Shown: one piece after another, positions 62,846 through 64,000 of the stretch | Layout of the letters: the number at the start of each line of letters is the position of its first letter | Numbering within the stretch: position 1 is the stretch's first letter | From: Hydrolagus affinis | Lineage: Eukaryota | Length of the DNA stretch: 64,000 bases | Direction of reading: 5' to 3' | Assembly (NCBI GenBank): GCA_012026655.1 | Contig: JAAILG010001094.1 | Location: 1-64,000, forward strand | Made by a program: the position numbers and the translations under genes | Notes under the pieces: model-generated | What the model was told of the DNA's origin: nothing | Database searches by the model: none | The model's input: only the letters and a program-made list of their open reading frames with translations

Positions 62846-63019
62846 TTATTGAACAAAACAGCCAGTAATTGGCAAGAAGTCCTGTACATAAGTTGAAACA
62901 GCTTTAGACAAATAAGTCATGGTTCCGTAGCTGCCACTTGGTGCACTGTCAAAGAACAGAAGGCAAATTCCTGTTCTTGGATCCCGCTCTAAAAAGGTGT
63001 CGCTTGCACCTAATGATTT
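62846..63019 (-). CDS. PHKA2: Phosphorylase kinase regulatory subunit alpha 2, last coding exon
   Basis: ttttgtttcag|AAA. Translates [57 protein letters not shown], with the PHKA-family DSAPSG..GTMTYL motif and a CaaX (CFVQ) farnesylation end. PHKA2 rather than PHKA1 is inferred from synteny with PPEF1 and RS1. Confidence 0.9.
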   Translation of the reverse strand, partial: KSLGASDTFLERDPRTGICLLFFDSAPSGSYGTMTYLSKAVSTYVQDFLPITGCFVQ

Positions 63020-63237
63020 CTGAAACAAAAGACAGAAGTATTAAAGCAACAGTGCCACAAAGCCAGTGCCACACATGTGTGCATGTGCACACACATGCAC
63101 ACACATATACATATATGGTTCTGACTTCAAAGGCATCTACAGTATAACCTCAAAATGTAAACAGCATCATAAGGTCAGAGATGATTTGTAGGTGAAAAGA
63201 TCCCTTTGAACTATTTGATTTAGGCTCTGAGAATATA

Positions 63238-63453
63238 CAGTAAAAGCCCATTTATCCATCACCCGACCAAATGTAACTTCCGTATAACTGGCATTGCAAA
63301 AAAAAGGTCCGCATTCGATTAACCGGAATTTATCCGGAAAAATGCATTACATTATTTATTTATTTTTGTTTGCATTTTCGGCCAAATATCCAGCACGCGC
63401 TTTAACCATCATTGGCCAGGTCCCGAGGATGCCGGATAAACAGGCTTTTACTG
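63238..63453. mobile_element. Tc1/mariner-Tigger-type MITE (216 bp)
   Basis: TA|CAGTAAAAGCCCATTTATCC ... GGATAAACAGGCTTTTACTG|TA: 20-bp terminal inverted repeat with 2 mismatches and TA target-site duplications. Confidence 0.85.
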
Positions 63454-63741
63454 TATTGGGTCAGAGACAATATCTCACAAGTTGATGTGATGTACAGGGG
63501 TTTCCCTGCAGAAAGCGTGGGTTATGTTGAGAGCCACTTCTTTTGATGCTGAACAACAAGTAACACAACTACTGTCACTAACAGTGCTTTATCAACACCA
63601 ATAACCCTTAAGTCTGTCCAGGAATCTGTTGAGCAGAAATTATATTTCTGGTGGACAGATATGCATTATTTCCACTTGCCAAGGAGCATTAATAAGAGTA
63701 ATTCTATTACATGACTGCATCACCAAATTGTAAATTTATTG

Positions 63742-64000
63742 ATAATAGTAATAATCCTTCATTTGATTTCGCACTTTTTACATCTTATCGACATCTCAAA
63801 ACGCTTCACAGAATATATTGCAAAGTGAATTGACTGTATATTTGTGGGTGAAACACGGCAGCCAATTGCACACAGCAGTGTCCCACAAACAGTCATGGAT
63901 TGAAATGACCAATTTTTATTATAGGTTTTTTGGGGCAAATTATTATTAGGCATGTGGAGTAAGGAAACTTGCCCAAGATTTCACCCTGATCTGCCTGGAT
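63742..64000 (-). mobile_element. Young SINE (head runs off the window)
   Basis: Reverse complement of the family body and tail. Confidence 0.88.

Overview
This is eukaryotic, intron-rich vertebrate DNA. The repeat content (Deu-domain SINEs, a young tRNA/L2-tailed SINE family, L2 and CR1 LINEs) points to a cartilaginous fish, possibly a chimaera; that assignment is inference. The window matches the block that in human lies at Xp22.13. From left to right it holds: (1) the 5' part of RS1 (retinoschisin) on the - strand, with canonical exons 1-4 plus an apparent extra in-frame 117-nt exon; (2) an intact tRNA-Val(TAC) gene 0.6 kb upstream of RS1; (3) a complete 16-coding-exon PPEF1 on the + strand (737 aa by my exon assembly); (4) a complete 9-exon gene I cannot name, encoding a ~1097-aa secreted protein with signal peptide, 2 sushi/CCP domains, a ~660-aa region containing a mucin-like Ser/Thr/Pro segment, a third sushi domain and 5 Ca-binding EGF domains; (5) the last coding exon of PHKA2 on the - strand. 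The rest is SINEs, LINE fragments, DNA-transposon MITEs and one 100-N assembly gap. Most ORFs in the supplied track are chance or repeat-derived; I assembled the exons by hand from splice signals and reading frame. Repeat boundaries are approximate.
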